Below, piece by piece: positions 24,368 to 38,791 of a DNA stretch of 64,000 bases. The stretch spans positions 24,005,412 to 24,069,411 of the forward strand of contig NC_069000.1 of NCBI RefSeq assembly GCF_001194135.2. The letters are read 5' to 3'. The DNA is from Octopus bimaculoides (Eukaryota). The translations under genes were made by a program, and so were the position numbers. The notes under the pieces were generated by a model. It did no database searches, was not told the origin of the DNA, and saw only the letters and a list, made by a program, of their open reading frames with translations. Numbering within the stretch: position 1 is the first letter of the stretch; each line of letters begins with the position of its first letter.

Positions 24368-24761
24368 TGTATACAAATCTATATATATAATAATTAATTG
24401 TATCAAAGGGAAATGGAAATTAATAAAAATGTTCACCTCCAAGTGGCCTAGCGTATAAAAGTTTAGTCCAAAGACTAAGAATTACTCATAAGGTACAGTG
24501 TATATTAAAATACATAAGAGGAATCCACTTACTGGATTCCTTACACTAGAAAGAACTGCTAGGTTCTAGAACCACAAAATTAGGGATAAAATCCCAAAAG
24601 GAACGAAATGAAAAATAAAAACTTTTACCATATCTTTCCTGGACCAAATTGGTTTCTGACTTATTTTAGCAATTTAAAATAATTTGCTCGGTGAAGTCTT
24701 TATCAACAGGTACACCCAAGACTCTCTTATGTATTTTAATATACACTGTACCTTATAACAT

Positions 24762-24793
<32 letters not shown>

Positions 24794-27700
24794 CACACAC
24801 ACATACACAAACTGCAATTCATCTAAATAGCTAAAATCAAAATTATGTACACTCTTGTATAAACATATATAAGATTCTTCAATGATTTCGACATTACTTC
24901 AACTGTGTGATCAACAGAACAACTTATATATTGTACTATATTGTAAAGGATTAAGTATTGTGCACACATTTGTAATTCTCAGGATGACTAACCTCATGCT
25001 GTATGACAATGCTGAGGCTCTTGATTTACAGGTATAAACCACTGATGGGCCTTAAGTTTCTGTCTCATAAATTTCACCTATCAAGCTTGGGTAAACACAA
25101 AGCAATAAAAGAAGGAACTTGTACAAGGTATTGGGCTACAGAACTGAACAAGGCCTCATGATTGTTGAACCAAGCTTCTTAACCATTTAAAAATGCCTGT
25201 ATTCTAAAGTACAATAAGCTATAGAATACTGCCACAAAAAGACGACCAATCCATAAAAGTATGACAAAAGCAGATGTAGAAATGATGGCACACAAACTTC
25301 AACAATCATCACTACAAAATGCAGATAACAAAGTGCCAATGTGCCTGTTCACTATCTAATATAGGCCAGATCTTCACTGGTACTCTAGGGCGTTAGTCTA
25401 TCCAGTGAAACTGGATTTGTAAATTTTGGAATCTTAGCTCCATGAACATATACACACATAAAGCCTAAATGGAAACTGACCTCAACAGAGACAGAAATGA
25501 GTGAAGACTTCAATATAGATAGGTAGATCAAACCTCAAAGAGATGAGCAGAGATAAATTTTAATGCAGAGAAGCATAGACACACAAACTAATTAAAACAA
25601 CTAACCTTTTTATTTGCTATTGTCGCCTCTCCATTTTGCTTCTTATTTTTCTTTCTCACCGTCTCTTTCCTAACTGTCTGGTCAACTGAACCACAGATGT
25701 CCTCTCTTTTCTCATCATCTTTTTCAAAATCCACCAAGGTAAACCAACTAGAGTTTGACTGAGACGAATTATCAGTGCTGTCAGAGGGTGTTTTTACCTT
25801 CTTTCGCTTTTTCTTTCTCTTGCCTGCTGCTACCGTTTTGCTTATCATCTCTATCATCATCTTCATCTTTTTTTCTATCATTTCATCATCCAGCTCTTCA
25901 TTTTTTCGCTTACATTTACCTGACGAGGGTTTACCATCAGCACTACTGTCAGTATGTTTCTTAGGCTTCCGTGATGGGCCAGCCTGGGCTTCAAGCTGCT
26001 GTTGTTGGGAGTTCTTAACCTCTTCATTACCACTGCTGCTGTTGTTGTTGTTGTTGGATGCTTGAACATCTACAATATAACAACCAACTTCATCGCCTTC
26101 TATGCTTTTACTTTCCTCTTCACTCTCCTCCTCCTCCTCCATTTTCAGGAATGCCTCTTCAACATCAAATTCTAAACCATCATCACTACCATCCTCTTCT
26201 TCATTTTCGTCATCATAATCATTGTCATCATTATCATCTGGTTCTCTATTTATATAGACAGAATCTATTTCATCACTGCCTATCATTCCATCTTTTCCAA
26301 GACCCAAAGACTCATCATCATCAAATTCTTCCTCCTCTTCTTCATCATCATTATCATACACATTTTCTCCATCCTCTTCTTCGTCACTTGTACCTTCTTC
26401 TTCTTCTTCTTCAACATCCCACATATCTTCCTCCTCTTCTTCTTCAGAATCATAATCATCATCTTCAACTTCATCAGCTTCAAAACTTATAAACTCACAG
26501 CCAATGTCCTCATTATCTTCTTCCATACTTTCTCCATCTTCTTCTCCCTCTTCTGTACTCTCTCCATCCTCTTCTTCCCCCTCCTCGGCATTCTCTATGT
26601 CTTTCTCCTCCTCCTCCATAGTCTCTTCATCCACTTCTTCCTCATCTGCCACTCTGTCTTTTTTCTTCTTTTGCTCTCCATTACATTTTTCCTGGGCTCG
26701 TTCCTTCTTTAAACGTCGTATTTCAAGTTCTGTAATAGAAACTGGGCAGTTAGAGAGTGGAAAGGATACAGCAAGAGGGTGGTTGGAGAGATTGAGAAGA
26801 ATAGATGAGTGAGAGAGAGAGAGAGAGAGATGCTAGCAGGAAACACATACACATACATCATCGTCATCATCAAAATCTATTGCAGGCAGACGCATCGTTT
26901 TAAAATTACAAAACTATAGATACTCTGAGCTGCTTAAGCTATAACATGTACATATACACTCCAGTTGTTAGCAATATAGTTAAGAGACATTTTCTCACCA
27001 TCTAACTCAGTATATTACTTAACACTATCAGCAGGATATCCCACCTTTGTCAACAAGTTTTCTGAATCACTATGATGATAAAAGAGGAAGTGTAATTTTC
27101 GTGTGCACATTCATTTCATTTTATGATTTTAAAATTTATTTCATTTTGTAATTTTCTTAAAATATTTATGTATATTTCCTTGTACCTATTTCACATGCAC
27201 AAGTTCATTTCAAAATCCGATAATGTGCACAACTTTTCTTTGATGATGTCTTATACTACAATTGTAATGTTATATGTATCCTATGAGGGCTTTATCCTGA
27301 ATGTTTAACATTTAATAAATATTAGAGTTAGGATTCAAATTCAAACAAGTACACACACACTTTTACATATTCACAATAAAATTTCTGGTGTAATCTCTAC
27401 TATATCTGAAATATATTTTAAGTGGAAGACATTTAGAAGAATTGACATAAAGACAAATAGATGGGTAAGAAGGGTGGGAGGCTGGATAGAAAGACAAATG
27501 GCTGAGTAGATAAATGGAAGGATGAAAGTGATATACATTAACCTAAGCTGTAAGTCCAACTGTGAAAAAACAGGATAATAGATTATAAACAAAATAACTG
27601 AACTTCACACTTACTCTTACATTGCTTCTGTGATGGAATTTCTTTTTGCAGTTTCTCATTAAACTCCAAATATCTCCGAGCTGCCTCTTCAATATTCACT

Positions 27701-30700
27701 TCTTCAATATTGCCTTTTTTATGTTTACTTTTACTTTTCTTCACACTTTTGGAAGAAGGCTTTTTATATTCTAAATCTTTTATTCTGGAAAATGAAAATG
27801 GTATTTCAGTGATGTTTTAAAATTACTCTGAATTATAATTATAAATAAATAATAGGGGAAGTCAAAAACTGTCTTTAGGTTGGCCACACTGCCTTCAGCA
27901 TTTGTGTGCTAAAAGGTAGTACTCTGGTGGTTATGCAACCAAGGTTTGACTGGGGTTGTTCCAGTTTTCGCCAAAGAACAGATATCAGTCATCTGATCTT
28001 TTTGGTTTGAAGGTGTGTCAGAGGCAGAAAGTCATTGCAGGCTTTCAGTACAATAGAGGGACAGCACTCTACCACATAGAAGCATGTACGAGTCGATGGA
28101 GAAGTTTAAAAACGGCCAGACAGCCATGTAGCTCAAAGAGGGAGCGAGATGCCTTTCAACTTCCACCACTGATGTGAAGATTCAACAAGTTTGAGAGATG
28201 GCTCTTGTGAACTTATGAGTGACCATCAATGAGGCGCATACAGTCTAGACCCTCAATCCTTCTGGCTATCACCTCTTTGGATCACTTGAACATTCTTTAC
28301 AAGGTTGTCAATTTGCCAAAAGAAACACAAGAAACAGTATGTAAATGGCTACACAACCAGCCGAAAATTTTCTCCCATGGAATAAGCAAACTTGTGGACT
28401 CCCTGAAGAAGTGCATTGAAAAGCAAACAGAATATGTCAAAAAATGATGTAATTGTTCAATTCCTGCTTTTGTTTTAAGAAATTACAGAAACAAGAGTGA
28501 ACTTAATTTTTGATTTGTCTTCATGACCACAAGTATTGATTCGAATTCAAAGTAAAACTATTAGGGCGTCAAGTATGAAATTTGTAGAAAAGAAAAAAAG
28601 TTTGCTAATGTTTTATAAATACAAGGAATAGTTTTATTTATCAAAGTATGCACCCATATTGTCAATACACTTCTGCCATTTCAGCGGTAGCTTGTCCAGC
28701 CCAGAACTGTAAAAGCCTGGCAATCTAGAGTCAATAAAATCTTGGAAGGCCTGTTTTACGGTATCATCAGAATTAAATTTTTTTCTTATCAAAAAGTTAT
28801 CCAAGTTCTGGAAGAAGTGGTAGTCAGTGGGGACAAGATCAAGTGTGTATGTTGGATGATGGAGAACTTCCAACTCCAACTCCTATAGTTTCGCCAATGT
28901 CATTTTTGCAATGTGTGGTCTGGCGTTGTCTTGCAATAAAACTCAGGAGTGAATTTGTTGACTAATCTAGGCTGTTTCTTATTTTGTAAGTTTCTGTATC
29001 ATTTGGTCCAGTTGGCTGCAGTATACTACAGCTGTGATTGATGAGCTAGGTTTAATGAAATCATAATGAATCACACCTGCGCCAGACCACCAAACACACA
29101 CCATCAGCTTCTTTTGATGAATTGCTTCTTGGACTGTGTTTTGGTGGCTCGACTTTGTCCAACCATTGAGCTGAACGTTTACGATTGTTGCATCGGATCC
29201 ATTTCTCATCACGTTACAATTCGATTCCAAAATGATTCATTTTTGTGACAAGAAAGTAGCACAACGCAAGCTTCCAAACATTGCTGTTTCTGATTTTCAT
29301 TGAGTTCATGTGGAACACACTTATCCAACTTTTCCACTTTACTGATTTGAACTAGGTGAGTCAATATCGTTTGCTTGGTAACACCAAACAACAACAATAA
29401 TTCACGGGCACTTTGAGATGGATCTGACTCGACGGTGGCTTTCAGTTCGTCATTATCCACCTTTGTTTCTGGTTGACCACATTGCTCATTTGTGAGGTCA
29501 AAGTTACAGAACAAAATTTTGCAAACCAATTTAATACTGTCTGCTGTTTAACATTAGAATGAAATACTCCCTCAATATTCCAAGCTGTCTTTTTTTCAAA
29601 ACTATGAATTTTCGACTTAGCCATTTCTAAACAAAAACAGCAAAAGACGATTTATAAATACTTTATAAAGCGCAAAATGAGTTAGAATAGAGAAATAGAT
29701 GTGTCAGCATTCTCTCAAAAAATAAAGATTATCAAAATATAATAATAGTGCAAAATGAGCAGCTGTCAAAGTTTACCATATACCTTACTACAAATTTCAT
29801 GCTTAACGACTTAAAATATCAAGATTTAACATTAATTTAAATTTTATACTATATATTAAATTGATATCTACCTAAAAGCAGAACAATAATGTACAGTACA
29901 TGCCTATATAATTATTAGTGTGAAGTGTCAAGTACGGGTATGACTATATAGTTAAATAGTTCACTTTGCAATTGAGTGACTTCTGCTTGCATGACAACGC
30001 CCGCCCTCATATCATCAATATGACCAAAAAAGCCATTCAAAAGCATGGCTGGGAAGTGCTGCCACACCCACTGTACTCTCCTGATTTGGCACCATTGGAT
30101 TTCCACCTCTTTCAAATGTTATGCGCAGAGTTTCAGTTTCATTCAATACTGATGCAGAATTGAGAGCTTGGTTGGATCAATTTTTTTGAGTCGAAATCAG
30201 GTGATTTCTACCAACGAGGTATTGAAAATTTTGTTGAACGTTGGGAAGAAGTTGTAAACAACAAGGGTGAATACATTATTGATTAATTAGTTGTTATTTT
30301 TTATTAAACCTTTTAAAAAATTTAAAATTAAAAAAGCACCGGGAACTTAGTTGCCAACCNNNNNNNNNNNNNNNNNNNNNNNNNNNNNNNNNNNNNNNNN
30401 NNNNNNNNNNNNNNNNNNNNNNNNNNNNNNNNNNNNNNNNNNNNNNNNNNNNNNNNNNNNNNNNNNNNNNNNNNNNNNNNNNNNNNNNNNNNNNNNNNNN
30501 NNNNNNNNNNNNNNNNNNNNNNNNNNNNNNNNNNNNNNNNNNNNNNNNNNNNNNNNNNNNNNNNNNNNNNNNNNNNNNNNNNNNNNNNNNNNNNNNNNNN
30601 NNNNNNNNNNNNNNNNNNNNNNNNNNNNNNNNNNNNNNNNNNNNNNNNNNNNNNNNNNNNNNNNNNNNNNNNNNNNNNNNNNNNNNNNNNNNNNNNNNNN

Positions 30701-33700
30701 NNNNNNNNNNNNNNNNNNNNNNNNNNNNNNNNNNNNNNNNNNNNNNNNNNNNNNNNNNNNNNNNNNNNNNNNNNNNNNNNNNNNNNNNNNNNNNNNNNNN
30801 NNNNNNNNNNNNNNNNNNNNNNNNNNNNNNNNNNNNNNNNNNNNNNNNNNNNNNNNNNNNNNNNNNNNNNNNNNNNNNNNNNNNNNNNNNNNNNNNNNNN
30901 NNNNNNNNNNNNNNNNNNNNNNNNNNNNNNNNNNNNNNNNNNNACACACTAGCTAAAAAGCTACCCGATAGGGCAGCTTTTAAGCAACTGACCCTGAATG
31001 GGAAGATCCGCAAACAGATCTCTGACTTGTTCTGGAGAATTTGTTGCAATTGCTTCCTCCAGAGTCATATCCCAATGATCATCATATTTATCGCAAAAAA
31101 TATTGCTGAAAACAACAGCAGTAATGAAAACATGGGAATCCAAAATTTCAGGATTGCAGGTCCAGATTCAGCCCAGAATGTTTTTTTTTTTTAAATTTAC
31201 TCATGGAATTAGCCCCTAGATTGTAAAAATTTTTATTGTACAAAAAAATCACAGTAATGAAAACTTGGGAATCCAAAATTTCAGGATTGTGGGTCCGGAT
31301 TGGACCCGGAATGTTTTTAATTTACTCACGGACTCAGCCTGATACCAAAATGGTATATGTTCGGCTACGGCCTCTAGGAGTACAGTTGAAAAAGTGTGAC
31401 ACACTGACATTTATTATATTATATTAAGGCAGTGAACTGGCACGTCGGGCAAAATGTTTAGCAGTATTTCACCTGCTGTTAGGTTTCGAGTTCAAATTCC
31501 ACTGAGGTTGACTTTGCCTTTCATCCTTTCAGGGTCAATAAAATTAGTACCAGTTATGTACTGGGGGCAATGTAATCGACTTAATTCCTTCCCCACAAAT
31601 TTGAGACCTTGTGCTTCTAGTAGAAAGGATTTCTTAAAGTTGAAAAAGTGTGACACAGTGACATTTACATTTATTATATTAGATATGTTTAATTTTGGTG
31701 AAGCTTTATTTCAATTAAAGTGTATTTCATATATGTGTGTGTGTATTAAAGAAAGCAAAAAATAAAACAAAAGTGATAGTGTTCAGTAATTTGGTGACAG
31801 GAACTTCTGTCAAAGAGACAAGTTTAAACAAAGATGTATATCATCTCCCTCTTTCTCTCTTATTACTCCCACTGTCACCATCAACACTACTACTTTTAGT
31901 AAAACATCAACTCTCCCTAAATTTCTTTGTCTCTTTTTCTTTCTCACTATCTTTGCCACCACACTCACCATCTCTATGCCTACTATTATTCTCACCCCAT
32001 CATGAGGAATAGTAGGAGTGTCATTGAATAGTGAGAGGGGTGGGGTCTAAGTGTGACACATTGATACACAGAAATTAGTTTTCACATTTATATTAGATAT
32101 ATACAAGGGGCTTCTTTCAGTTGCTGCCTACCAAATCCACTCACATGGTTTTGATTGGCCTGAGGCTATACCAGAAAACACTTGCCCAAGGTGCCACACA
32201 GTGGGACTGAACCCTAAACTGTGTGGTTGAGAAGCAATCTTCTTATCACACAGCCACTCCTGCATCTATATATATGCAAAACACAAAAGCATTGGCAAGA
32301 AAAAAACTCTTGATTTTGAAATGATATTTATTCTACACCAAGTTACAGATACTCCTTTTATCACAACTACAGTGAACCAGTAGAACAAATGATTACATGT
32401 TAAGACCAAATCTCACCCATGGTTCAGAAGATTATATGAAACCACTTCAGTGTATACACGTCTGAATAATAAGACAAAATTTTCTGAGTGACAAAAATCC
32501 ACTGGGATAGTGCTCTGCTCTAGATTCACATGTTAAGTAGAGACATAACTTTTTCACAGGACAGGATTCCATCATTTGTAGATTTGTGGTGTGGAAGGAA
32601 CTGAACTGAGCATTATTATCATCATCACTGCTGACAGTGGTGATTGATACCTCTGTAACAGTCAGCATGAGTTAGTTATACATTGATGTACAAGGCAGTA
32701 GTGGTATTAGCCCTTTAGCATTCAGATTACTTTCTTGAATGTAATGCTCATTTATTCATATTATCTTGTAGCTTCAAGAGTTTGATGACTGATTGTTTAT
32801 TTTTAGAATGACATTGTAGGATAGGTGAGAGAGGCCAAATCTGGTTGCTTTGAACATAAAACAGGAAAACTATTTTAGCTGGTTATGGCCTGTTTAAATG
32901 CTAAAGACACAAAACAATGACTTCATGTCCAGTACACTAGTTTCAGCATTCATTCATACAACTTAAAGGCAAAGGTTTTTTTTCTTTTTTCACAATCAAG
33001 AATGATCAGAGTTGGGATCTAACACCAGATTTAATTTATGTAAGAAAAAGAGAGAGGGTGAGTAAAGGAGGTATTATAAAAGTATTCTTACCGCTTGATC
33101 AGATTATATAACTGCTTCCGTCGTTTAAATGTACCTTTTTCACTACTGGCCCTATCCATGAGAAGGGTTGAAAACTTTTCCAAATCGATCTTGAAACAAA
33201 CAATACCAAACATTAAATGGGAATAATTAATTAAGTTAAACAGTTTGGAGCTAACTCTGACTTCACTAACTTCACAGACATCTATGAACCAAGACTAGTT
33301 TGTTTTAGAAAATAAATTAGACAATAAATTACTGCGATCATATTTTAACAAAGGGAATACTGAAAATCAAATTTGGAAATAATTACATTGCAAGGAAAGA
33401 CAGTATTAGTCAGGCAAGTACAGGTACACTTCAGGACAGATTTGGTAGTATTAGACTTCAGCAAAACAGAATGCACCATATTTGCTGAAGAGAATCATTA
33501 AGTCAATGCACAGTATTGTACACTGGTTGGCATAGAAAATTAAGCTTATTTTAGAGACTAATTTACTCAAACATCATCTGCAGACTTGAGGAAATGTAAT
33601 CAGCAAGTATAGGTTAACAATTTCATATTTCTCATATAGCCTCAAATATGAGAGGCTGTATAAACAATGATGCTTTTATTAATTCTCACATGTGTGCCTG

Positions 33701-36700
33701 AAATAATTAATACAATTTTTAAATGCTTACAAACTTTCCTTTTTTTCTTTTGTTGTGAAGGCATGTGGTCTAAGTATTAGAGTGTTAGACTCATCAGATA
33801 TCTCAAACTGTCCATGGTCACTCATTGATTATGTCATAATTAAGCTTTAGGAAAAATAGTAGTTTTGATTTCTTCAAATTCACCAAGGCAAACTTTTTTA
33901 AAAGTTTTATATGCATAACAAAATATTCTAATTGGTTGAGCAATATGACACCTGCTGTAACAATTTCATGTTCAAGCAGCAAAGAAAAGAAAAAAATATC
34001 ATTCTATTTGATGCTTGTGTGTAGCACAAATGAATCCAAAGTAATATACACCACTGATACAACAGGACGAATAATAATGTTTTTTAATATAGACATAAGA
34101 AACAATATAGGCAATTACATTAACCCCAATACTAGATTGGTACTTTATTTTGTTAACTCCCAGAAGGATGAGAGACATATTACGCGAAGCCTTCGACGAA
34201 ATAGAAGGGGATATAGCATCACAATGTGGAAGACAACTGGAGGTTTCTACGGAACAACCTGCTGAGAGCCACTGACCAGATCTGTGGATGGTGCAAAGTC
34301 CCCTCTCGACCCCAAATAACGTGGTGGTGGAACAATGTGGTTGACAGGGTTATTAGACAAAAGAAACAGGCTTGGAAGGACTGGAAGAACAGAGGTAGCA
34401 GGGAATTGTATCAGACTGCCAGAAGGGAAGCTATGAGACAGGTTTATTTAGCCAGAGGGAAAGCAAATAAGAAAAGAATTTGCCAATGTTCTGCGCNNNN
34501 NNNNNNGACTGCCAGAAGGGAAGCTATGAGACAGGTTTATTTAGCCAGAGGGAAAGCAAATAAGAAAAGAATTTGCCAATGTTCTGCGCCATGAGGACCA
34601 AAGACTTGAGGTATTTCGTGTTGCAAGACAGTGTGTGGGAGAGAATCGTGATGTCGTAGGAGAGAAATGTGTCTGCATGGATGATGGGTCACTTGCACTA
34701 AACAAGGCTGCAAAGAGAGACGTTTGGAGACGCCACTATGAAAGGTTGCTTAATAAAGAGAATGAATGGAAGAGAGAGAGTCTGCTGAATGTTGACCCAA
34801 CAGAGGGACCAGCTATCCTAATTGACAGTACCTTGGTAGATAGAGCAATCAAGAGTATGAAGACAGGGAAGGCCCATCAGGAATCACTGCAGAGATGCTC
34901 AAAATATCTGGCAGTGTCGGCTGTAGCCTAGTCACCCATATAGTTAACCAGGTGATACATGAAGGAGTCATACCCAATGACTGGTGTAGCAGTACCATAG
35001 TCAACTGCTACAAAGGTAAAGGTGACGCTTTAGACACAAACAATTACAGAGGTATCAAGTTCTTGGATCAGGTAATGAAGGTCACAGAGAGGGTCATAGC
35101 CCAACTAATTAGGGTGAGAGTCAGCTTAGATGAGATGCAGTTTGGGTTTGTGCCAGGAAAAAAGCACCACTGATGCTACATTTCTGGTAAGACAGCTGCA
35201 GGAGAAATACCTAGCCAAAGATAAACCTCTGTACCTGGCTTTCGTTGACATCGAGAAAGCTTTTGACAGAGTCCTTCGATCCCTTATCTGGTGGTCAATG
35301 AGGAAACTAGGGATAGATGAATGGTTAGTGAGAGCTGTGCGAGTCATGTACAGAGATTCCGTCAGTAAGGTGAGAGTTGGCAATGAGTACAGTGAAGAAT
35401 TCCGGGTAGAGGTATGGGTCCACCAAGGATCAGTCCTCAGCCCCCTCCTATTTATCATAGTCATCCAGGCAATAACAGAGGAATTCATGACAGGATGCCC
35501 CTGGGAGCTCCTCTATGCCAATGACCTTGCCCTAATTGCTGAGTCACTATCAGAACTAGAGGAGAAGTTTCAGGTGTGGAAGCAAGGATTAGAATCGAAG
35601 GGCCTTAAAGTCAACCTAGCTAAAACCAAAGTCCTAATAAGTAGGAAGGCAGACAAAACACAAACCCCTTCAGGTAGATGGCCCTGCTCGATCTGTAGAA
35701 AAGGCGTTGGTAGAAACTCTATAAGATGTACCCAGCGTAAACTATGGACACATAAGAGGTGCAGCAATATCAAAGGAAGGCTAACTAGGAAGATAGTTTT
35801 TGTATGTGGCAGATGCTCAGGAGCAATAAACACTGAAAATGTGGAGAGAACAACTTCCGCCACATTCCAGGGAGAAAATCTAGAAGTAGTTGATAGCTTC
35901 CATTACCTNNNNNNNNNNAGAATAGCCTGGGCAAAGTTTAGAAAGCTCTTACCTCTGCTGGTGACAAAGGGCCTCTCACTCAGAGTAAAAGGCAGACTGT
36001 ATGATGCATGTGTACAGCCATGCTACATGGCAGTGAAACATGGGCTGTGACTGCTGAGGACAGGCGTAAGCTCGCAAGGAATGAAGCCAGTTTACTCTGG
36101 TGGATGTGTAATGTCAGTGTGCATACTTGACAGAGTGTCAGTTTCTTGAGAGAAAAGTTGAACCTAAGAAGCATCAGTTGTGGTGTGCAAGAGAGACGAC
36201 TGCGCTGGTATGGTCATTTGTCGAGAATGGATGAGGATAGTTGTGTGAAAAAGTGCCACACCCTAGTGGTTGAGGGTACCTGTGGAAGAGGTAGACCCAG
36301 GAAGACCTGGGATGAGGTGGTGAAGCATGACCTTCGAATATTAGGCCTCACCAAGGTAATGACTAGTGACCGAGACCATTGGAAATACGCTGTGCGTGAC
36401 CCGGCAAGACAAGTGAGACCATAACCTGTGGCCTCTGCCAGGGGTGTATCCAGCCTACTTGTGCATACCTTTCCTTCTTTGGACACAAATCCCTGCTTGC
36501 AAAGACCTGTTGAGGCAAGTGAAATAGAAATCGAACTAGATTTGACGACTGGCACCCATGCCAACCTTCCTTCATTGGACACTAAATTCTGCTTGCGAAG
36601 ACCTATTGGGGCAAGTGAAATCATAACTGAACCAAATTTGATGACTGGCACCCGTGCCAATGGATTGCCAACAGCACCATCCGAGCAGGATCTCTGCCAG

Positions 36701-38743
36701 AACAGAGGCCTGGCTTCTGTGCCGGTGGCACGTAAAAAGCACCATTTGAACGTGATCGTTACCAGCGATGCCTTACTAGCACTTGTGCCGGTGGCATGTG
36801 AACAAAACATTCGAGCGAGGTCGTTGCCAGCACCGCTGGACTGACTCCTGTGCAGGTGGCACACAAAAGCACCATTTGAGCATGGCTGTTGCCAGTACTG
36901 CCAGACTGGTCCTTGTGCCGGTGGCACTTAAAAGCACCCACTAAACTCTCGGAGTGGTTGGCATTAGGAAGGGCATCCAGCTGTAGAAACTCTGCCAGAT
37001 CAGATTGGAGCCTGGTGCAACCATCTGGTTCACCAGTCCTCAGTCAAATCGTCCAACCCATGCTAGCATGGAAAGCAGATGTTAAACAATGATGATGATG
37101 ATGATGACCTCCAAACAAATATTGCAACATATTTTGTCCAACACTCGAATGATTCTGCTGTTCTTCCATCCAATAAAAAGAATATTCACGATCATAAACC
37201 AAAATTTTGTGGAAGGATACAAAGCTAAATAATGACTGCCCCACCTCTCCCAGTATTTGATTTGTAAATATTTTATCAATCTCAGTGCACTTGAACCTAA
37301 GACACAAAGAGATCTAACTTGACATTTTGTCCAGTGTTCCAGTGATTCTGTCAAGAATATTTTCAACATGAATGTACATGCTACTATTACTAGTATCATC
37401 TTGAGCCAAATGAGGTAAGCTCTACACAGTTGCCAGACCTGCTAAAAATAGCAACCAAATCACAACCCAACCATCTTGAAAAAAGAAAAAACATGGTGGA
37501 CAATGAAATCCTAAGCATATCTAAAGATAACATGGGCACAGTAGTAATGCCTGCTCAATCAGAGCTGACCTGGAACTAAGCAATAATAACAATTGCATCT
37601 GATCATTAACCAAACACATCTCTGTTTAAACAGTTAATATCCATTTAGTTAATTAACATTTTTTTATGTGCATATACATGTGTGTCTGACTTTTAGAATA
37701 ACTACACTGTATCCCTGTATTTCATGAGAGGCTAGCACTAACAAGGTACTGCAAAACATTGCCAGCATAGAGAAGAGAATGTAAAATGATGAGGATACAA
37801 TGTCCATAGATTTTCTATAATTTCCTTTTACTTAGTTGATAGAGACAAAACTCATTGAGCAATTGACAGAAAAAGTCAACTTTACCTCAGCATATATTAT
37901 TGTAGATGAAACTAATAATGGCCAATAGAGCACTAACTCTAAATATAAACTGAGACGAAGTAGGGAGATCTCTTTAGTCTTGCTGCAGACAACCTCTCTA
38001 CCACTATTGGCATATTAAAATGCACAATGTACTGTGCCCAGTCCACACAAACTAGCTAAACTGGATTTCCTAACATGTTTACAACTCTGCCAACATCATT
38101 TTGCAAGAGCTTTCCTCTGCTGACATGAGTTACATGAGTTTCATAACATTATGCAGTCCTGGCGTCTGGCACACACAGCAGTAAAGAAAACCAAACCGCT
38201 GTTGTTGTGTATAGCATGTTTTTTACAGCTGGATGTCCACTCTATCATCAATCACTTTAATCATGGATTGGGTGCATTTTACCATGTCAGTGGTAAAACT
38301 GATCCGCTGCTGCAGCTTGCTGTGTTTACATCTCCACCATTTGTTCAATTTTTTTTCAGCCTTTTACAACTGGATGTCTTCCTTTTTATCAACTAATTTA
38401 TATAATTGATTGGGTGCATGTTTTATCATGCCACCAGCACTAGAGAGGTTCTCTGCAGCAGGACAAAAGGGTCCTCTCTATTTTATATCAGTTTTTATAC
38501 AGAACAGTCACTCTACCAGACATGATCAACTGATTCCACCTAGCAAGATGCATAGTAGTTATTGACTTAAATCCATGAAAATGGAATAAAATATATTTGA
38601 ATGAGTTCAACCAAGAAATTATGATATGATATGGGAAATAAAATACTGTCACTTGTAAGAGAGTATGTAAATTTTAACTGCAATGAAAAGTCTGTTTCAA
38701 TCGTTGCTCTTTGTTAGATTCCACATTACTCACAGCTCCCTAA

Positions 38744-38791
<48 letters not shown>

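Noticed and set aside
25755-26812. Several plus-strand ORFs rich in Ser/His/Leu opposite RRP1B exon 9
   Set aside because: Antisense shadows of GAA/GAT low-complexity codons; no independent evidence of coding.
30294-31049. Long ORFs in the track that run through N-gaps (also at 1.1-1.5, 4.7-5.0, 5.8-6.4, 41.9-42.3 and 57.2-58.1 kb)
   Set aside because: They are open only because N codons translate as X.
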